Of a stretch of DNA of 64,000 bases, positions 59,601 to 64,000 are shown piece by piece. This DNA comes from Myxococcota bacterium (lineage in GTDB: Bacteria; Myxococcota_A; UBA9160; SZUA-336): contig CBDFGR010000003.1 of assembly GCA_965247115.1 (NCBI GenBank), forward strand, positions 1 to 64,000, written 5' to 3'. The notes beneath the pieces were generated by a model. That model saw only the letters and a list, made by a program, of their open reading frames with translations, was not told the DNA's origin and ran no database searches. Position numbers and translations under genes: made by a program. Numbering within the stretch: position 1 is the stretch's first letter; each line of letters opens with the position of its first letter.

Positions 59601-60266
59601 TTGGACCTCCGCTACACGGCACACGTTCCCAGCGGGGCGGGCCCCTTTCCGACGGTGCTCGCGCTCCATGGCTGGGGGGCGAACGCACACGACCTGCTCG
59701 GACTTGCACAGGTGCTACATCGAGGGGATGCGCTCATGCTGTGCCCCGAGGGTCCCGTCTCTACACAGATCGGCGGCGGGATGGTCGGCCACGGCTGGTA
59801 CGAGATCGCCGGAGGCAGCGCGCGAGATCGGTCCGAGTTGGAGGCCGCGGCGGACGCGGTGCGAGCCTTTCTGGCCCTCTCCCTCGAACGGTACCCGGTG
59901 GACCACAGCAAGCTCATCATCCTGGGCTTCAGCCAGGGAGGCGTGATGGCCTACGACCTCTTCCTGCGCGAGCCCGGGCGCTTCGCCGGCCTGATCGTCC
60001 TCTCGTCCTGGCTCCCCGAGGAGATTGCAGACGCTGACCTCGACAGCGGCGAGCTGGCGACCCGCCCAGTGCTCGTGATGCACGGCACGCGCGACCCCAT
60101 GATCGACGTGGAGCGGGCCCGCGAGTCGCGCACCCGACTCATCCAGCTCGGCGCCTCGCTGACCTATCGCGAGTACGAGATGGGCCACGAGATCGCACCC
60201 GAAGCCCTGCGTGACCTCGTCACATGGCTAGACGAAAAGGCAATCAGCCCGATCCAGCTCGCGTGA
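59601..60266 (+). CDS. Phospholipase/carboxylesterase (start uncertain)
   Basis: LHGWG, GFSQG, HGTRD, MGHEI. Confidence 0.9.
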   Translation: MDLRYTAHVPSGAGPFPTVLALHGWGANAHDLLGLAQVLHRGDALMLCPEGPVSTQIGGGMVGHGWYEIAGGSARDRSELEAAADAVRAFLALSLERYPVDHSKLIILGFSQGGVMAYDLFLREPGRFAGLIVLSSWLPEEIADADLDSGELATRPVLVMHGTRDPMIDVERARESRTRLIQLGASLTYREYEMGHEIAPEALRDLVTWLDEKAISPIQLA

Positions 60267-60375
60267 CTCCAGTCGGTGCAAGAGCAGAGCACGAGCGCCA
60301 GCGCAGGCGAGAACATCTGCGGCCTTCGCCCGAGGGCGTAGAAGGTGTCGACACGGCCTGAGAGTGTAGGTCCGC

Positions 60376-61068
60376 CTAGGGCGAGGCCCGCGCTCCTCCA
60401 GGTACATCCAACGGATCGAGCAACCCGCCGCGTCGCCAACCCTCTCTGAGCAGCCACGTGCGTGCGGTCGCAACGGACCGAGGCCCCAGACGACGCTCGA
60501 CTCGCGCAGCACCTCTCTTCCAGCCGGAAAACCAGCGCCCCGAGGAGGCGCGATCCAGCGTCTCGCGCGTAGCGCCGCGATGGCAGGCCGCGTTGAGCAG
60601 CACGTACCGGATCGCATTCCGGACCTCGCGCGGCGTCTTCAGCACCCGCATGTGGTAGCGATCCGCCAGCAGCCCACCACGCCACTCGAACGCTCGCCGC
60701 ATCGCCCAGACCATCCTCCTGCTGAGAGACTTCATCCCTCGACCGAGCGCACCCCGATCCTTCGCCTCAACGATGAGATGCGCGTGATCCCGCAAGAGCG
60801 CGTAGTGCACCAGGCGAAACTCCCCCCGGTCACACCCCCGCGCCAGCGTCTCCTCAAACGCCCGCACAAACGCCGGAGCCCGCAATGACGGAGCACCATC
60901 GCGCACTCGCAGGGTCACGTGACACGGATGCCGCGACGCGAGACTCCGCCGACTTCGGTGGCGAACCAGCGGATTCGCCCCAGGCTTGCGTCCCGCCCCC
61001 TCGCGCCGCCCGCCATGACGCGCCAGAGGCCGTAGATGAAGCGAGAACTGTCGGTCTGACTTCTTCAA
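60376..61068 (-). CDS. REP-associated tyrosine (Y1/HUH) transposase
   Basis: HVTLR, HYALLRDHAHLIVE (HUH), DRYH, YVLLN. Confidence 0.85.
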   Translation of the reverse strand: MKKSDRQFSLHLRPLARHGGRREGAGRKPGANPLVRHRSRRSLASRHPCHVTLRVRDGAPSLRAPAFVRAFEETLARGCDRGEFRLVHYALLRDHAHLIVEAKDRGALGRGMKSLSRRMVWAMRRAFEWRGGLLADRYHMRVLKTPREVRNAIRYVLLNAACHRGATRETLDRASSGRWFSGWKRGAARVERRLGPRSVATARTWLLREGWRRGGLLDPLDVPGGARASP

Positions 61069-61110
61069 TTATATCACTAATTAGTGTAGATTAGGGCTTT
61101 CTATATATTC

Positions 61111-61456
61111 TGTCAAGGTACAGACCTGGTAGATGGTTGACATGTCAGAACCGGAACATCGCGGACTACGACAGCGAGCTTTACAGCATGACCGAGCTCT
61201 GCGAGCGCTTCGCGTGAGTCGCGAGACCAACGACAAGTGGATCCGACGCTACCGTACTGAAGGAGCTGCGGGGTTGGAGGACCGGAGTCGAGGTCGCTCG
61301 GTCGCGACCATGAGGAAGACCGGAAGGTCTTTCGGGTAGACCGGGCTCCTGCGAGCCCGTGTCTCGAAGCCAAGGACATCAAGGGAACAGAGAAAGAAGA
61401 CAACCGAGTGTTACCCATGTTGCCGGTCTAACCGTTACCCATGTCCCGGTTGAACA
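61111..61456 (+). mobile_element. Internally deleted IS481-family remnant
   Basis: TGT...ACA ends; right end has GTTACCCATGT twice; frameshifted SMTELCERF/VSRETNDKWIRRYRTEGAAGLEDRSR. Confidence 0.75.
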
Positions 61457-61525
61457 AAGGGAGGTCCGGTCCTGGAACATGGTTTCAGGCCGCTCCCGAG
61501 AACCTCTTTCAAGGCTGCTTCGACG

Positions 61526-62503
61526 CTAGCGGTACGTTCCCGCCACGCGGGCGCGTTGCTGGATCAACGAGAGCACGACGTCGAGAATTGGCGTGGGAAG
61601 GCCGACGAGGCGGCCCATCTCCTGAATGGCGGTCACGAGGGCGTCGATTTCCATTGGGCGGCCGCGCTCGAGGTCCTGGAGCATGGAGGTCTTGTGGGCG
61701 CCGACCGCCTCCGCTCCGGCAATCCGCTTGTCGACGTCGAGGCCGAAGCGGACGCCGAGCTTCTCCCCGATCGCTTGCGCCTCGAGCATCATGGAGCGAG
61801 CGATGCTGCGCGTCCCGGGATCCGTCGCGATCACGTCGAGCGGCGCGTGCGTCAGCGCGCTGAGCGGGTTGAAGCAGAGGTTTCCCCAGAGCTTGAGCCA
61901 GATCTCGTCCCGGATACGAGGACGCACCGGCGCGCGGAACCCAGCGCCGATCAGTGCCTCGCTGAGCCGCCCGACACGCGGCGTCCGTTCACCACTCGGC
62001 TCACCCAGCGTGAAGCGGTTGCCACCCAGGTGCTCGATCACGCCGGGCTCGAGAACCTCGCAGGCTGGATAGACGACACAGCCAATCGCTCGCTCGGGCC
62101 CGATTCCCCGCCACTGCACGCCGCCCGGATCGACGCTCTCCAGCCGATGATCGGTCCAAGGTCCCTCGAGCTCGTGGAAGTACCACCAGGGCACTCCGTT
62201 TGCGGCGGTCACGACGGCCGTGTCCGGTCCGAGCAGCGCCTGCATGTCGTCCACGACCGCTGGCACAGAATGCGCCTTGAGTGTGACGATCACGCAGTCC
62301 TGAACGCCGATCTCGCCGGGGTCGTCACTGCAGCGGGGGCGCGCGACGCGCTCGTCGCCGTCGACGACGAGCCGCAGGCCGTCGCTCCGCATGGCCTCGA
62401 GGTGAGGCCCGCGAGCGATCAGAGTCACGTCCTGACCGGCGAGCGAGAGCTGCCCGCCGAGGTAACCGCCGATCGCGCCCGCGCCGTAGACGCAGATCCT
62501 CAT
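61526..62503 (-). CDS. Ketopantoate reductase family protein (PanE2/oxalyl-CoA reductase-like)
   Basis: GAGAIGG, NGVPWWYF, IWLKLWGN, HKTSMLQD. Confidence 0.88.
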   Translation of the reverse strand: MRICVYGAGAIGGYLGGQLSLAGQDVTLIARGPHLEAMRSDGLRLVVDGDERVARPRCSDDPGEIGVQDCVIVTLKAHSVPAVVDDMQALLGPDTAVVTAANGVPWWYFHELEGPWTDHRLESVDPGGVQWRGIGPERAIGCVVYPACEVLEPGVIEHLGGNRFTLGEPSGERTPRVGRLSEALIGAGFRAPVRPRIRDEIWLKLWGNLCFNPLSALTHAPLDVIATDPGTRSIARSMMLEAQAIGEKLGVRFGLDVDKRIAGAEAVGAHKTSMLQDLERGRPMEIDALVTAIQEMGRLVGLPTPILDVVLSLIQQRARVAGTYR

Positions 62504-64000
62504 TCGGTGAGGCCGAGCTTCTCGGCCAGTCCGATCCGCTGCAGCTTGCCCGTAGCCCCCTTCGGGATCTCAGCGAGGAAGACGATCTTGCGCGGGACCT
62601 TGAAGTCCGCCAGGCGGTCCGCAGCAAAGCGACGGATCTCGCGCGCCTCCGCTTCTGCACCCTCGCGCAGGACCACGGCGGCGGCCACCTCCTCTCCAAG
62701 CTTGTCGTGCGGCATGGCAAAGGTCACGACCTGCTCGATCGCCGGGTGGTCCATCAGGGCGTCGTCCACCTCGCGGGGCGAGATCTTCTCGCCGCCGCGG
62801 TTGATGATCTCCTTGAGCCGCCCAGTGATGGCGACGTAGCCCTCTTCGTCCATCACGCCCTGGTCGCCGGTGCGAAACCAGCCACTCGTGAAGCACGCCG
62901 CGTTGGCCTCCGGGTTGTTCTCGTAGCCCGCCGTCACGTTGGGGCCGCGAATCACGAGCTCTCCCACCTGTCCCGCCTCTAGCAGCGTGCCCTTCGCATC
63001 CATCACCGCAACCTCCGGGCCCGCCGCGACACCCACGCTGCCGGGCTTCCTCGGTAGGGGCGGCAGCGGGTTGCTGGTCATCTGATGAGCCGCCTCGGTC
63101 ATCGCGTAGGCTTCGACGACCGGAGCCCCGAACGTCTCCTCCAGCGCCTTCATGACCTGGGGCGGGAGCGAAGAGGACGACGAGCGAACGAAGCGCAGCC
63201 GGGTGCCCGCGATGATCGCCGCGTTCCGCTGCGCGCGGACAAGCACGGCCTGATGCATGGTCGGTACGGCCGTGTACCAGCTCGGTCTGGCATCCCCGAG
63301 CCAGGCGAAGAAGCGGAGCGCGTTGAAGCCCGGCGTGCAAAATACGCTTGCCCCCGCCGAGACGGACGCGAGGACCGCGGCCATCAAGCCGTGGATGTGG
63401 AACAGGGGCATGACGTTCAGACAACGATCGCTGGCCCCCAGGGCGAGGGTGCGACGGATGTGATGGGCGGAGGCGCACACGTTCGCGTGACTGAGCGGCA
63501 CGATCTTCGGGCGCGACGTGGTGCCGGAGGTGTGGAGGATGAGCGCAACGTCGTCGCTCTCGGCCATCCCCCCCGCTCGCATCAGAGGTGTCGCGGGGTC
63601 GGGCCCGATGAGCTCGAAACGGCCAGCGGGGTCACCCGGGTCGGACACGAGCTCGAGCACGGGGAGCTCCAGGGCGGATGCAGCGTCGAGCGCGGCGGAC
63701 GTGCTGCCGCGCTCGACGAGCAGCGCGCGAGCGCGAAGGTCGGACAGGTAGAACTCGAACTCTTCTCTGCGATACGCCGGGTTCAGGGGCGCCGTGGTCG
63801 CGCCGGACGCGATGCTGACGAAGGCGCTGGCCATCTCGGGCCCGTTCGGGAGCACGATCGCGACTCGCTCGTTGCGGCCAACGCCGAGGCGGTTCAGCGC
63901 GGCGACCGTGCGTTCGCCCTGGGAGCGCAGGTCGCGATAGGTGAGCGGCTCGCGCTCGGGAGCCAGCAGTGCCGCCGCGGCGTCGCCGCCCGCAGCGAGC
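62500..64000 (-). CDS. Acyl-CoA synthetase, oxalate-CoA ligase-like; 5' end beyond the window
   Basis: LHTSGTTSRPK, PLFHIHGL, EAYAMTEAAHQM, FRTGD, RGGEKISP, TGKLQR. Confidence 0.9.
   Translation of the reverse strand, partial: LAAGGDAAAALLAPEREPLTYRDLRSQGERTVAALNRLGVGRNERVAIVLPNGPEMASAFVSIASGATTAPLNPAYRREEFEFYLSDLRARALLVERGSTSAALDAASALELPVLELVSDPGDPAGRFELIGPDPATPLMRAGGMAESDDVALILHTSGTTSRPKIVPLSHANVCASAHHIRRTLALGASDRCLNVMPLFHIHGLMAAVLASVSAGASVFCTPGFNALRFFAWLGDARPSWYTAVPTMHQAVLVRAQRNAAIIAGTRLRFVRSSSSSLPPQVMKALEETFGAPVVEAYAMTEAAHQMTSNPLPPLPRKPGSVGVAAGPEVAVMDAKGTLLEAGQVGELVIRGPNVTAGYENNPEANAACFTSGWFRTGDQGVMDEEGYVAITGRLKEIINRGGEKISPREVDDALMDHPAIEQVVTFAMPHDKLGEEVAAAVVLREGAEAEAREIRRFAADRLADFKVPRKIVFLAEIPKGATGKLQRIGLAEKLGLTE

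Overview
High-GC bacterial window, probably a Myxococcota/deltaproteobacterial-type organism (inferred from the pilin, NuoB/NuoI and transposase types). Positions 1-10150 are the right end of a composite prophage integrated at an intact tRNA-Cys(GCA). It has two recombination-plus-integrase modules. Module 1 is cro/cI, RecE/RecT-like genes, xis and integrase 1, whose ORF runs through a 50-bp tRNA-Arg(CCG) 3' half (attP-like). Module 2 is a truncated Sak4-like ATPase, a DUF669 SSB, a Cas4-like nuclease and integrase 2. A patchwork junction with a 70-bp duplication joins them. The rest is chromosomal: the complex I Q-module genes (nuoB, I, C, D) split around lpdA-E2-lipB-lipA, then pcs, ispH, nfuA-moaA and an orphan sigma54-driven pilin. 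A candidate undescribed signalling locus follows (PilZ, soluble hybrid kinase, alpha-oxoamine synthase-GNAT fusion, dihaem cytochrome c, Fis-HTH response regulator, HDOD), marked by three intergenic GCAAG-N4-CTTGC palindromes. Further on are an SQR, an amber-interrupted DUF5916 gene, a Mo-hydroxylase operon, a RAYT transposase beside an IS481 remnant, and an oxalyl-CoA synthetase/PanE2-like pair. Many genes look leaderless. All calls are from motif reading by eye; no database searches were run.
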